Shown here piece by piece: positions 1 through 12,690 of a DNA stretch of 64,000 bases. The DNA lies in assembly GCA_028534125.1 (NCBI GenBank), contig CM052818.1, positions 31,560,001-31,624,000 on the forward strand. Reading direction: 5' to 3'. Position 1 is the first letter of the stretch, and each line of letters begins with the position of its first letter. Position numbers and translations under genes: made by a program. Below the pieces are notes generated by a model, which searched no databases, was not told the DNA's origin, and worked only from the letters and a program-made list of their open reading frames with translations. The stretch comes from Lama glama (lineage: Eukaryota).

Positions 1-535
1 TTTATTTGAAGAAAATAAAACACTAATTTGAAAAGATAGATGCATCCCTATATTCATTCCAGCATTATTTACAATAGCCAAGATATGGAAGCAACCAAAG
101 TGTCCATCAATAATGAATGGATAAAGAAGATGTGAAATACACACACACACACACCACACAAACACACAAATATTACTGAGTCATAAAAAAAGAATGAAAC
201 ATTGCCAATTGTGAACAACATGGATGGACCTAGAGGGTATTATTCTAAGTGAAATAAATCAGATGGAGAAAAACAAATACTGTATGATTTCATTTACATT
301 TACATTTAGTGAAATCTAAAAAACAAAACAAATGAACAAACATAACAAAACAAAAAGAGTCACAGATATGGAGAACAAACAGATGATTGCCAGAGGGGAA
401 AGGGGTAGGGGGGATGAAAGGAACAGGTGAGGGAGATTAAGAGGTACAAACTTCCAGGTACAAAATTAATGAGTCACAGGGATGAAATGTATAGCATGGG
501 GAATATAGTAAAAAAATATATAATATCTCTGTAAG
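1..535 (+). mobile_element. L1 3' region (ORF2 tail / 3' UTR), laurasiatherian type
   Basis: Hallmark L1 strings: gcattatttacaatagccaagatatggaagcaacc; acatggatggacctagagggtattattctaagtgaaataa. Includes a (CA)n at ~139-167. Confidence 0.85.
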
Positions 536-539
536 CATG

Positions 540-1850
540 TTAAGGAGAAACATGAAAGATTTTTTTAAAGACCCAAATCAAAATTTTAGAGGAAAAAGAA
601 AAACCCTTACCCTGTGTAAGACAAAAAAAAAAAAAAAACTGAATGGGAATAACAATAGATTAGAAACTGTGGCTGAAGAAAAAAAATAAAAACAGTACCA
701 GTAAGCTGTAGGAGAACTTCAAGCAGCATAATAAAGGAATAATCACAGCCCCAAAAGGAGAGTAGAGAGATAGAGGGAAGAAATAGCTGAAAAACTATTT
801 CTAAATTTTATTTGAAAGATCCAGGAAGCTCAATGAACCCCAAGCACAAGAAACATTAAAAAAAAAAAAAAAAAACTCATGGGCATGTGAAATTTGATTA
901 TGTAATCAAATTGCTTAAAAACAATGTTAAAGAGGAAAATATTAAAAGCACCCAGAGGACATTCATGAAGAACAAAGAAAAGAATGACAGCTGATTTATT
1001 GTTGAAGACAATGCAGTCCAGAGGATAGTTGAGTAACTTGTTTACAGGATAGAAGGAAAGCACTGCAAACCTAGAATTCTTTACCTAGTAAAAACATCTT
1101 GGAAAAATGAAGTGAAATAAAGATTTTTTTAAACATACAAAAGCTGAAAGAATTGATCACCAATCCTACAGGAAACTTCAAGAAGGACCTTTGTGCAGAA
1201 GGAAAATAAAATCAAATAGAAATCTGGCTTCACACAAAGGAATAAAGAGATGGTAAGGGTAAAATATATGGGTAAATACTTTTTTAAAACCTTAAATTTA
1301 ATTGTAAATATCATTAAGAGACATTTGGTTGTTTAAAGTAGCAATAAAAACGGTGAATTATGAAGTTTATATTATATGTACAAGTAAAACATTTGGCAAG
1401 ATTAGCAAAAAGGCTGGGAGTGAGGCTGACAGAAATCAAAGTATACGGTAAGGTTCTTATGTTATATGTGAATTGGCATATTATTTGAAGATAGACTGTG
1501 ACAAATTAAAGGTGTATTTTATAAACTCTAAAGAATCATCAAAAACAAAACAGATATCAGTAATAAGCCAATGTAAGAAATAAAATAGAAGTACAGAAAA
1601 CAGTCTAACCTAAAAGAAGATGAAAATAGAAGAAACAGGGGTCAGATGGCAAACAAAGGGAAAGACAGTAAATTTAAAACCAGCCACAGCAATAATGACA
1701 TTAAATGTACATTGTATATACAGTCCCATTTTAACAGCACAAGTTATCAGACTGGAGTTTTAAAAGGTAAATGCTAACTATATTCTGTCTATTGGAAGCC
1801 AAATTGAAATATGAAGACACACATCAATTAAAAGAAAAAGGGTTGAAAAA
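540..1850 (+). mobile_element. Old L1M fragment (ORF1 remnant to start of ORF2)
   Basis: A-rich and degenerate; ORF1-like strings (gaagctcaatgaaccccaagc, cctagaattctttaccta) and an endonuclease-start-like segment near 1700. Confidence 0.7.
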
Positions 1851-4309
1851 GTTGCGGCGTAGTCACACTACTGGGAGAAGCCTCTTCTCCAACCAGGGGG
1901 GAGTAGTAAGAAGGCAGGGGGTTTGGAAGGGATGAACAGAGAAAGATGCCAGCAGTGTTGCTTCCAGAATTTCCTTTGCTGGGGAGCTTGAGTCTCCTGC
2001 CTCCATGAACTGCATGGAGTGGGGCATCCGCAGTCCCCAGCACTCACTCTGACCCAGCCTTGCAAGGACAGCCAATGGGGAAAGTGGAGGAGAGAGGGCA
2101 TCTGGCCGGAAGACTGGGTTTGTCTTCATTTCAGGGCAGGACTGGCTTCTGCCCACAGGGAAAGCTGTGGGTGGGGTGACTGGAAGAGATGCCTGGTCAG
2201 CAAGGCTCCCAAGCCTGGCGAGCTGAGTGACTATGGTGTTGGTATTATTTCCTATTAATCAAACCATTTCTTATACTGTTAGGTGACGAATGATAGCAAG
2301 TTGGGAGTTCTGCACCATCCAGCGGGGAGAGATTTTCCCCAGGTCCTGGGTGTGAGCCCAGTAGAGTGCAATTCTGCCCATTTTGTTCAAACTAAATTAG
2401 CCCTTCCTTCACCAAAGCTTGGCCATGTACACAAAGCCAGAATTGAAGACTCCAGAACTTTCTACCATGGCCACTGGTGATTACCTTTGTGCCAACAGAA
2501 GCTATCATGATTGTGAGGGGAACTTGCACAGTGTCTGTTGGTGAGCACGTGAGTAGTCAGACAGATGCGGAGGCAGGGCAGCCAACCCCTGAGGGGTAAA
2601 GTCAAGGCCACAAGGGCCAGGGTGGATTAAGGAGGCTCCACCAGGACCAGGGTAACTGGTGGTCCTATCAGAATGTCCTTCTTTGAGGGTAGGGGGGACA
2701 CAAGGGTAAGACTACTCTGTTTTGGGGGGCAAAGAACTCAGGACTCAGAGCAGCACTTCTGGAACATTTAGTCACTTTAGGCACTGTTTTATCAGAGTTG
2801 GATTCACATCAGGGATGCGTATCACCCTCTACACTTGACAAAGCAGGGAGGTCTCCATGTAGGTGGATGGTAGGGGGCCCACGAGCATGAGGGACACTCT
2901 CTCAGATGTAACCAGATGGCAGGGACACATAGGTCAAGGACACACGAGGCTCCACAGCTCGGCCTCGTTTTTTTCCCTCTCCCACTGTTTCTTCCAGAAA
3001 AGAGCAGTCACCTCAGGCCGCCAGACAACAAGCACCCCAAAGTTGCCTGAGCAGCTCCCAGACCGGTGCCACAGCCACCAACCAGACCCTGTCCCGGCCT
3101 CCGTTTTCTCACTCTACCCTCCACACAAGAAGAGTGTTTCTTGCCCACCCCTGGCACCGTTCTTAAGGCTGGGCAGGTGGCCCTTTTCCAAATGCCATTG
3201 CCCGCCCCCACCTCAGCCCTGTAATTCCAGCAGTGGAGCTGGTCAGGGGAAGAGAGCGCGGGCCCGAGGGCAGGCCGGCTGCGGCCCTTCCCCAGATGAC
3301 TGCCCCCGGCCCGGCCCCGCCCTGCCCCGCTTCTGCTTCTCTCCACTTGGCCAGCAGACGTGAACCGACACAGCTGGCCTCTGGCCCAGCTGCCCGAGGC
3401 CAGGACTCACATATGAACAGCAGTCGTTCTGAGGGTATGGAGGCCTCCCCAGACTAAGTGCCTTGGAAAGGAGGGGGCAGCTGCTGGAAAATACTAGAAA
3501 CTCCTGCTCTAGGGCAACTGGAACCTGGCCGCAAAGCATCTCTTCCTTGTTTCTTCAACCTTGATGCAGACCCTCTTCTCCCTCCATTCTGGCCTTGGTC
3601 TCTAACTGTGGCCCTTGTTAGTCTGCTGGCTTTGAACAATTCAGTATTCCAAGTCAGGGCCTAAAGCGGAGTCAGGCCCCTCCAGTAGTAGGGGGGGAAG
3701 GGGGCTGAGGCTGAGACCGCATCTCCCCTTCCCAACCCCCAGGGCAGGGAGCAGAGAGTTTTACAGCCTTCCCCACTCTGGAAGCCCGCCCAGTAGCCTG
3801 CCTTAAAGAACTGCTCCAGACCTGTCTGGAGAGCCCCAAGAGGAAAATCCCAAAAAGCTCTGGCCACACACAAGAACTTTACGTAGGACCCGAGTTCAGC
3901 ACCATGTCGTTGGCCAATTCATATGCGTGTTCATTACTTTAAAGTCACAATTAAGTAATGTGATCCCATTAGCTCCTTGATTTTTTTCATCCATCCGGCA
4001 AATGAGTTATCAGCACTAGGAGAAAGGACCACGATCAGGAAGTTCACTACAGCAGGAAGAATGTCCATAAGCAAAAATTCCGCAAGGGGGAAAAGACTAT
4101 CAGCTTACAGAGAAGGAGGAATCTGACTTCTGCCTGAGGGAACCAGGAAGGAATTGTGGAGAGGGACTCAGACTGGGTCCTGGAAGATAATAGAAGTTTT
4201 CCAGGGGAAAAAACTGAGGAGGCTGTGGACAGGGCTGGTACATGCCATGGACATGGAAAATGTACCAAACTAGGGGGCGTGAAAGAACGCGTGTTTCTTT
4301 ATTTTCACT

Positions 4310-6360
4310 TTGTAAAATTTTATTAAAAACCTACTAGGTTCCAGGTAATTGGATTAGGTTCCAGGAGTACAGAAAATAGCAACACAGACAAGATCCTTCC
4401 CTCTTTCTAGTGGAAAGACAGAAATTAAGACAAAATCACACAGCTAGCTCTATTTATATTGTGCCAGGTCTGTGCTTGAAAAGAGAAAGGACTATAGGAG
4501 CTTGAATGGGATGAGAGAGGGACCATGTGATCTAGGAATCAAGAAAGGCGTTTCTGGGGAAGAGACAGTTAAGCTGACCCCTGAAGGATGAGTGGGGATT
4601 CGTCAGACAAGGCCTTCCAGGAAGAGGGAACAACCTGTGTGACAGTCCTGAAGCAGAAAAAGCGTGGGGTCCAGAAAATCTGGAAGTATCTAGAATGGAC
4701 AGAGCACTCAGGCAGTGGGAGGCAGGTGGAGTGAGATGGTGCAGGACCAGAAGGCTTTGACGGTCATCCTGAGGGCAAGGGGAGTGACGTATGAGACTTG
4801 TGTTACGGAAAAGACCCCCTCTGGCTGTGTGGAAAACGGAGTGGAGCCCCAGTGGAGAGACCAGTTAGACAAGTGAGTCTCCATCCTACCTGGAAGTTAG
4901 GATTAACTGGGGAGTTTTTAATAAGGATGATGAGAGCCCACTCCCAGGTTTTTTTTTTAACTTGTTTTGGCATGAGGCTTGGGCATTGGTGATTTTTTAA
5001 AGTTCTGCAGGTTCCTTCAATGTATGTCTAGGGTTGAGGATCCTCGAGTTAGGACATTGCTTTGAAAAAATAAAAGGGAAAGAAAAGAAAAGGAAAGGAA
5101 GAAAAAAAATAAAAAAGAAAATACATTGTTCTACTCTATGTGGTAGAAGATGGTGACTTGGCCTAAGGGTGATGAAGATGGAGAGCAAACAATGGGTACT
5201 CTTCGGAGGCAGAATAGATAGCAGTAACCAAGAAAGAGTCAGATTTTTGGCTTGGGCAATTCACTGAGAAATAAAGCCGTAGAGGGTACCAACCATGAGG
5301 TTCATGCCATGAGTTCAGGTTTGGACATGTTGAGTGTAAGGCACCCATGAGCTATCTACGTGGAAGGCAAACAGTTGAATAAGTAGATCTGGAGCTCAGA
5401 GAGGTCTGGGTTAGGGTATGAATTTGAGAGTCATGGATGTAGAGATGGTATCTGAGATATGGCTGGGATTGCCCAACAAAAGGAAAGTGTGTGGAGTGGG
5501 AGGAGAAAAGCGAGCCCAGGACTGATCCTGAGGTCCTCAAGCACTGGAGGTTGAGTAGAGGAGGGAGTTGGCAATGGCATCTATAAAAGAAAGGCTCAGG
5601 GGAGCCTTGAGGTCCAGAGGAGTCAACATTTCAATGTTCCTGAAGGTCAAAAAGATGGGGTCTGAAAATGTTTATTGGATTTAGCAACTTCTAGGTCACT
5701 GATGACTTTAAAGAGAGATGTCTTGATGGCATGGTTAGGGTAAAAGCCAGACTAGAGTGAAAGGAAGGGAAGGAAATGTAGAGGACATATCAAGAGTTTG
5801 GCTGTTGAAAGAAGAGAGGGTGGTTTGGCTGTAGAAAGAAGAGAGGGTGGTTTGGCTGTAGAAAGAAGAGAGGGGGTTGTGGGATTGAGGAAATGTCTGT
5901 TAAGATGGGAGAGAACTGAGTGACTTGAACTTCTGGAGAGGAGAGGGAGGGGCTGCAGACAGAGGAGAAAGAATGGATCTAGCACCCCAGAGGAGGGACT
6001 GGGACCCCCTTTAACGAATCTCCCTCTATCTGAACAGGAGAGGGGGATGAGCGGTGGGTGCTGAAGTGGATAACTTTGTCCCTTTAGAGTGGGAGGGTGA
6101 GACACCTCTCACCTGATAGGTTTCATATTCTGGGTGGAGTCATCCACTGGGAATCAGGGGAGGGTATATATTGGGAAGGAGACTTTGAGGGTGGGTGGTA
6201 AGAGGGTTGGAAATTTGAAGAGAGTTGGGATGATCAGCAGTGTGTGATGCAGAGAGATAAAGACTGAGGTGGCTAGAGAAACGGGATAATCTTAGGCTGT
6301 TGAAAATACAGATCAAGAATTTATAGTGAAGCTAAATTCTAGACAGACTTTCTGATGTAG
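4310..6360 (-). mobile_element. L2 LINE fragments, interrupted by a MER5-type element (~4890-5045)
   Basis: Antisense L2 signatures (tttattaaaaacctactagg, gagttcaggtttggacatgttgag, ttggatttagcaac), purine-rich + strand. Confidence 0.7.
5796..5876. repeat. 27-bp tandem repeat, 3 copies
   Basis: gtttggctgt(t/a)gaaagaagagaggg(t/g)g at 5796, 5823 and 5850. Confidence 0.95.
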
Positions 6361-6379
6361 TGAGAATTAGTGAGGTTGT

Positions 6380-6915
6380 ATTGTATTCATTACTTACTGC
6401 TGTCTAAAAAGTTATTCCCAAACTTGTTAAAACAACTAACTTTTATTATCTCAGTTTTGGGTCAGGAATTTGGATACACCTTAGCTGAGTGCCTCTGCTT
6501 CAAAGTCTCTCACCAGGCTGCGGTCAAGGCAGTGGCCAGGGCTGAGGTCTCATCTGAAGGCTCAACCAGAAGATTTACTTCTAAACTCACACATGGGGCT
6601 GTAGTAGGATTCAGCTCCTCATGGGCTTTTGGCCTGTGCCTTCCTTCCATTCCTTGGCATGAACGCTTCTCCACAGAGCCATGCATAACTTGGCAGCTGG
6701 TCTCCCTTGGAGCAGGTAAGAGTGAGGGAGGTGTGCAAGACAGAAGCCACAGTCTTCTTGTGATGTAACCTAAGAACTGCTTCCCATTGTTTTGGTCTTA
6801 CTCATAGGGTGGAAGCAAATCACCAGGCCTAGCAACTCTCAAGAGAAGAGGATTATACAAGGATGGGAATATCAGGAGATATGGACGATCGGGGCCATCT
6901 CAGAGGCTGCCTAGC
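6380..6915. mobile_element. MLT1-family (ERVL-MaLR) solo LTR
   Basis: tttattatctcagttttgggtcaggaatttgg...ggggccatctcagaggctgcct, typical of MLT1. Confidence 0.75.
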
Positions 6916-8584
6916 ATATTGCTTGGAGTGTGCAGTAATGGGAGATAAGGCTGGGGAAAGGCTTTGGTTAGGGCCATGGATGCCAAACTAAGGGATTAGA
7001 GTTTCCTTCCACTGACCACGTGGAGTCATAGGCAATTCTGAGGCTGGAGGGGAGTGCATAGGCTTATTCTGGGGACAGGGTGGATGATGGTTTGGTCGGG
7101 GAGAGAGAAGATTTGGGTAGAAAAGCCAGGAGATTGTGGCAATAGTCTCAAGAGGGGATGGTGACTTAAACTGGAGACTGAGAGTGGTTATGGGGAGGGA
7201 AAATGTATCAAGAGACAGCTGAGCAATGTTCCAGGGTTCTCAGCCAGCCCTCCTGGTTGTGGCCTAAGGGGCCGCTCCTGACAAGGAGTCAAGCTGGACT
7301 CTTGGGTCTTCAGCTCTGGGGAAAAGGTGTTTTCTCTTTGTGACATGAGCATACCCAGGTAGGTGAGCTTCTGAGAGGGTGGGCAGGGTGGTACATGGGC
7401 CCAGTCATTCAGGGAGGGTGGGGACTTTCACAGAGCAAAGGAGCTTTAGGAAAAAATGCAGATTTTTAGAAGCCAACGGAAGGTGGCCCGATTCAGAGTA
7501 ACAAAGTCAATAGGAAAACTTAACGGGTTAGAGAAGGAGGAAACAGGAAGGAGAGAGTTGCTGGGTGGAACCCGGGCTGGGCGGACTGAGGTGGAGGCTC
7601 AGCCACAGAGCTGAGTGACAGGGCACAGGGCCAGGGAAGCCAGCTAAGTCACAGCTTGTGGTAGGGGGGTGGGGCAGGGCCACGGCCGCCCACATTGGAC
7701 AAGTGGCAGAACACTTCCACGGAGGTTCTATTGAAATTTCCCAACAGTGAGGCGAGGCAGGCAGGGTGGGGATCACAGCCTTCAATTCGAGGTGAAGAAA
7801 GAGTCTCAAGGAGTCAGCTGACCCGTTCAAGTTTATGCAGCTCGTCGGAGGCCTGGATGGTGAGCCCAGGGCCACACTCCCCAGCTATTTCACCATGCTG
7901 TCAGCAGGAAGCCCACACTGGAGGTCCCACCCTTGTAGGGACGCAGATGGCCAAAGGCAGAACACCTTCTAGGGAGAAGCAGCAGCTAGAAGGAGAAGAA
8001 TCCCAGAAGTGGGCTCTGGAGCTCACTTGGGAGAAACAAAGGGAGAGGCGGGAGTAACTACAGAGACACAGGGATATCTGGTAGAATCCAAGGTGGGAAC
8101 CAGGAGAGCCTCTCCAGGAGGGGACAGGAATCAGGAGCCTGAAGCTACTGGGAACCCCAAAAGTGGTCTCCCTCCCAACACCATCCCCCTAGTCTATCTC
8201 TGCATCAGCGTCTCTGGTCTCTGCCTCTGGCCATCCCCCTCTCCTTGTCTCCGCACATCTGCTTCCCCAAATCTTCACCAACCATTTGCTCTGCTCCTGT
8301 AAGTGTGTGTGTGGGTGGGGGGTGCAAATGGGGCTGCCCTGTATCAATAGAGACCTGTCACAACTGTACATGAGAACAGACCAGACCACCAGCAGAATCT
8401 CCCAGAAGACAGGATCTGATAGGCTGAGGGAGAGCAAACACAACTATGCCCACAACTCTTAGAAAATGGGGTCCCTGTGAGTTGGGATCTGAGAACTGGA
8501 GTCCTCAGCAGGGGGTACAAGAGGCTGATGCTGAACAGAGGCGTCCACCCACAGGGACACAGCAGTAGCCCTTCAGGGCCAGGC

Positions 8585-8970
8585 ATGCTCCAGCCTCAGG
8601 ACCTTTGCACTTGCAGTTTCCTCTTTCTGGAATACATGTCCCAGATACACACAGGGGCTTGTTTCCTCACACTCTTCAGCTCTTTGCTAAAATGTAACTT
8701 TCTCCATGAGACCTGTCCTGACCAACCAGACTAAAACTGCACAACCGGCCCCATCTGGCTTTCCTTAACCCCAACTTCATTTTCTCCATTACATTTCACT
8801 GTCAGGTCTACCAGACCTTTTGTTAGTTATTTATTTTTTACTGTCTATCTCCTCCTCCTAGAATGTAAGCGCTGCAAAGGCAGGGATTTTTCACCGTTTT
8901 GTTCTCTTTTGTATCCCCTGTGCTTAAGTATACAGCAAAGCTCAATGAAGATCTGCTGAGTGAGCTAATT
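8585..8970 (+). mobile_element. L2 3' end
   Basis: cctcaggacctttgcacttgc...ctagaatgtaagc...ggcagggattttt...gctcaatgaagatctgctgagtga. Confidence 0.75.
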
Positions 8971-9480
8971 AGTAAGTAAAATATATCTTTTCTTCCTAAA
9001 TGCCCTCTCCCCACTGAAGTGAATGTGAAATGACTGTGTCTCATGATGTGGTGGCCAGTGGGGTCCCTGAATGGATGAAAAAATAAGAAAGATCATGAAC
9101 CCATAACGCAGACCTTTAGAAGGGAAATCATTCCTTCTCTGGTCCTTCATGGTTTGCAGAGTTACCTAATGGTTTGGAAAAGAAGACGAGTAGAGACTTT
9201 CTAGGTAAAGTAAGAATAATTACAGATGTGACAAACTCTACCAAATGGAGTAAGGGGTGTAGATGTTATTAGTGAGGACTGCCATATAGTAGGGTACACC
9301 ATGGTCCCTCAAGTGACCTCCCCAGCAAACACACAGACTTTTATGACTAAAGCTAGCTTCCCTTGGCTTGATTCCTTCCCTTAAGAAAACAAAACATGCC
9401 ACCAGGAGAGGAACTCTTGGCCCGAGACATTGTTGCCCAGCATACCACGAGGAACCATCCCCACTTTGTCAAGACCCAGG

Positions 9481-9968
9481 CAAGGCCAGGCCCAGGGTGA
9501 GGCAAACCAGGTGCCTAGGGCACAAAGTTTAAGGAGGCATCCACTCTGGGGTTCATGACAGAGCAGGGTCTGTCCTCGCCGGGACCTGAAAATAAGAGGC
9601 TCCTTAAATCCTGTGCTTTTAATAGGACACTCACTCTCAGGGCAGGAAGCATGAGTTCCGGGGCCCTGGGCCCATTTACCTTTGTCGACCCCTTCTTCCA
9701 TTAAGAAACATATATGAATAATTATATTCCAACCTGTGTTGATATAAGGACAAATAGAATCCAACCTGGATATATTCATTTTTTGCTTCTGACTTTAAAA
9801 TAAATAAAGATTTTCAGGGCCCCTGAAAGGGTCCTAGGTCCTAGGCAGTGTTCCCACTGTGCCTAATGGCTAAGTTGGCCCTGATGAGGGGTCACACAGC
9901 CTAAGAGGGAGTCCTCCTAATTTCTGCACCCCAGATGCCACACTTGCCTCACCCTAGTCCCAGCCCTG
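9481..9968. mobile_element. hAT-Tip100-type non-autonomous DNA transposon(s), composite
   Basis: Terminal inverted repeats CAAGGCCAGGCCCAGGGTGAGGCAA / TTGCCTCACCCTAGTCCCAGCCCTG. Flanking 8-mers gacccagg / ggcacagg match at 6/8. Confidence 0.7.
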
Positions 9969-10109
9969 GGCACAGGAATATTTACAGTCCTAAGTTAGCA
10001 ACCTCCACTGAGTGATTTCATTTCCTTCACTTCTCTGAGCTTCAGTATCATCATGCGTAAAATGGTTATAATCAGGTAAGGCTTGTGTATCCAATATCAA
10101 TAGAAAAAT

Positions 10110-10620
10110 ATAATAAAATCACTCTGTAATCCAGCAATTCCACTCTTTGGTATATAACTAAAAGAATTGAAGGCAGGAATTCAAACAGATATTGTACACC
10201 CATGTTCACAGCATCATTATCCACAATAGCTGAAACGTGGAAACAACCCAAATGTCCATTGACAGACAAATAGACAAAACAAAGTGTATACGCACAGTGG
10301 GATATTATTCGGCCGTGAAAAAGGAATGGCATTCTGATACAGGCTACAATACGGATGAATCTGAAAGCATTATGCTCAGTGAACTAAACCATATGCAAAA
10401 GGATAAACAGTGTATGATTCCATTCATAGGGAGTACCTGGAATAGGCAAATTTATAGAGACAGAAAGAAGTTCAGAGACTCTGTTAAGGATGAGGAAAAC
10501 CTTCTGGAGGCGGATGGTGGTGATGGTTGCACAGTATTGTGAACATACTCAATACCACTGAATTGGACACTTAAAAATGGTTAAAATGGCACATTTTACC
10601 ACAGTAAAAATAAATAATAC
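10110..10620 (+). mobile_element. L1M 3' end fragment
   Basis: ccagcaattccactc...ggaaacaacccaaatgtccatt...ggtggtgatggttgcacagtattgtgaa...acttaaaaatggttaaaatg. Confidence 0.85.
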
Positions 10621-12389
10621 ATGCCTAAGCACTTTGCACAGGATAAAATGTCATATAAATGTAAGAAATCATTATTATCATTATTGATCGTTACAGTATT
10701 GCTGTGGTGGAGGAGTGTTCCAAAGTTCACAGACAGGCAGGCGGGCATAAAACTGCTTTGTAAACATAGACCTCTCCAGCCCAGACCTGTAGCTCCCCGC
10801 CCACGGCAGCCCGCAGATTTAATGACCAAGTCGAAGAATGAATGGACGATGGCCAAGTCTCTTGAAGTGCTGGGTATGATAGAGCATGTGCTTCCATTCT
10901 GGAGACCTGTTGTTCCTTGCTCTCCAACAGCATTCCCTAAGGGGATGCTGAGGATAATGGACTTGGCCAAGATATCTAAGTTCTGGTGTTGGGGCGTTGG
11001 GGAGAGACCCATGAGAAGCCAGGCGACCCACCAGGCCCTGACAGTGAGTGTTTTGGCCTGATCCAATTTCCCAGTTTGGAAAGAATGTCTTGGTACCCGC
11101 CTGAGCTGAAAGGGGAGCTCAAGGGGTGCTGTGACCCGGGACAGGGACCCCCAGGCCTTGGCATCAGAGCTATTCCTCTTTCCATGAACAAACATTATTT
11201 GCCAAGATGAAGTCATACAAAGCACATGCAAGAAGTGAGGTGGGTTGAGGGATTCCCAGGACAGAGGACTCTTCACAAATTCCCCAAGATAAGTCTGTCC
11301 AGTGCAATTTTTGGTTCCAGAGACACCCTGCCTCTCAGAGGAGCCCTTGAACTCCCGGAATCTATAAGCACTATGTCAGTATTTGTGAGAAGAAAGTCAA
11401 CAGCTTCTATCAGATTCTCGAAGGAGTGCATGACCCCCAAAATGCTTTTAAAACCACTGTTCTTGTGAATTTAAAATATGATCTTAAAGATCGGTGTTTA
11501 ATTTATACTCAGTTTTCAGGGGGCTGGCGGACTGCGTCAAATGACGTGTGGGACTGCACACACCTGGCCTCAGAAAAGGGGCGATGCCCCAGTGGGGTCA
11601 CTGCTCAGTCCTCCCACCATCTTCTCCTAAGTGAAGCGATTCATTTTTAAACAAGCCAGCTTTATATCTGTGCATCAACGCCAGCACCAAGGGATGCCTT
11701 CTCATTCCTCCCGGCTTTTGTATGTGTGTGTAAATGACACGCCAGCATCACCAGTCAGCCCAGAGCCCTGATCCCATAAAAGAATGACCCTCCAAGCCTT
11801 ACTGATCCCTTTAATAACTCTTTACAGTTTATTTTAAGCCCCCAAACAGAGTCTTGGGTGCTCCACAGGGACATAGGGCCAGGCTGGCACATCAGGCAAA
11901 TGCCAGCCTGTAGGGCCCTGCACTTCCCTGCGAGGGGCAGGGCGGCAGGGAGGAGAAGGGTCAAAATGAATGGGTAATTTAAAGGCTCTGAAGAGTGACT
12001 CAGGCATTCCAATGAGGCTTTTAGTTTTCCTTTTTGTTGGTGTGTGAAATGTAATTGTAGTCAGTTTTTCCAATGAGTTGATAAACAGTGATTATCCATG
12101 GAAGATTTTGAGCTGGGGCCATGGTGATCCAGTCCACCTACCAACGTTTTTCTCTCTCCCACCCCCACCACACCTAAGATTACCACCCCCAGAGCCTAAG
12201 GGCAGAGTTTCCTTGGTCCCAGGAACTTTAGCCATGGTGCAGCCTGCAAGTGGTCAGAGGCTGTCTGGAAGGGTGGCCTGACAGTCAGCCACACCTCCTG
12301 CTCCTTTGTACCTGGGATGAAGGAATGAGAGAGAAAGGACTTGTTCTGCATCAGAGAAACGGTCATCAAGAAAGGGGCAGAAGTCACAG

Positions 12390-12690
12390 AACATTTGGTG
12401 AGCCCCCTGTGTAGGCCAGGCGCTGAGCCAATTCACCCTTTCCACATGGATCATTTCATGTAATCCTCACAACAGTAGAGAATTGCTTGAACCTACCGCA
12501 TACTGAATGCCAGACATGACACATACTTGGTCTTTATGATAATTACTCCAATTAGTTATTATTGTCTCCCTCCAATTTACAGATCAAGAAACTGAGGCAC
12601 AGAGGATTAATTCACATAGCCAGTTAGCGAGAAGCGGGACAATTGGGATTTGAAGCCAGGTCTGTCTAACTCTGAAATCCATTCTCTCGC
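12390..12690 (-). mobile_element. MIR SINE
   Basis: MIR core antisense: aatttacagatcaagaaactgaggcacagagg...gggatttgaagccagg. Confidence 0.75.

Noticed and set aside
4264..4282. CTCF-like AAACTAGGGGGCGT
   Set aside because: Lacks the conserved 5' CC of the core and has no upstream module; too weak to call without a PWM.
5796..5876. CRISPR-like repeat array
   Set aside because: Units are contiguous with no spacers and the DNA is mammalian; this is a simple minisatellite.
10596..11276. Longest ORF in the track (226 aa, minus) with an overlapping 146-aa plus-strand ORF
   Set aside because: Non-ATG start for the minus ORF, no recognisable domain, runs into repeat-derived sequence at its 3' end, no splice or promoter support; consistent with chance.
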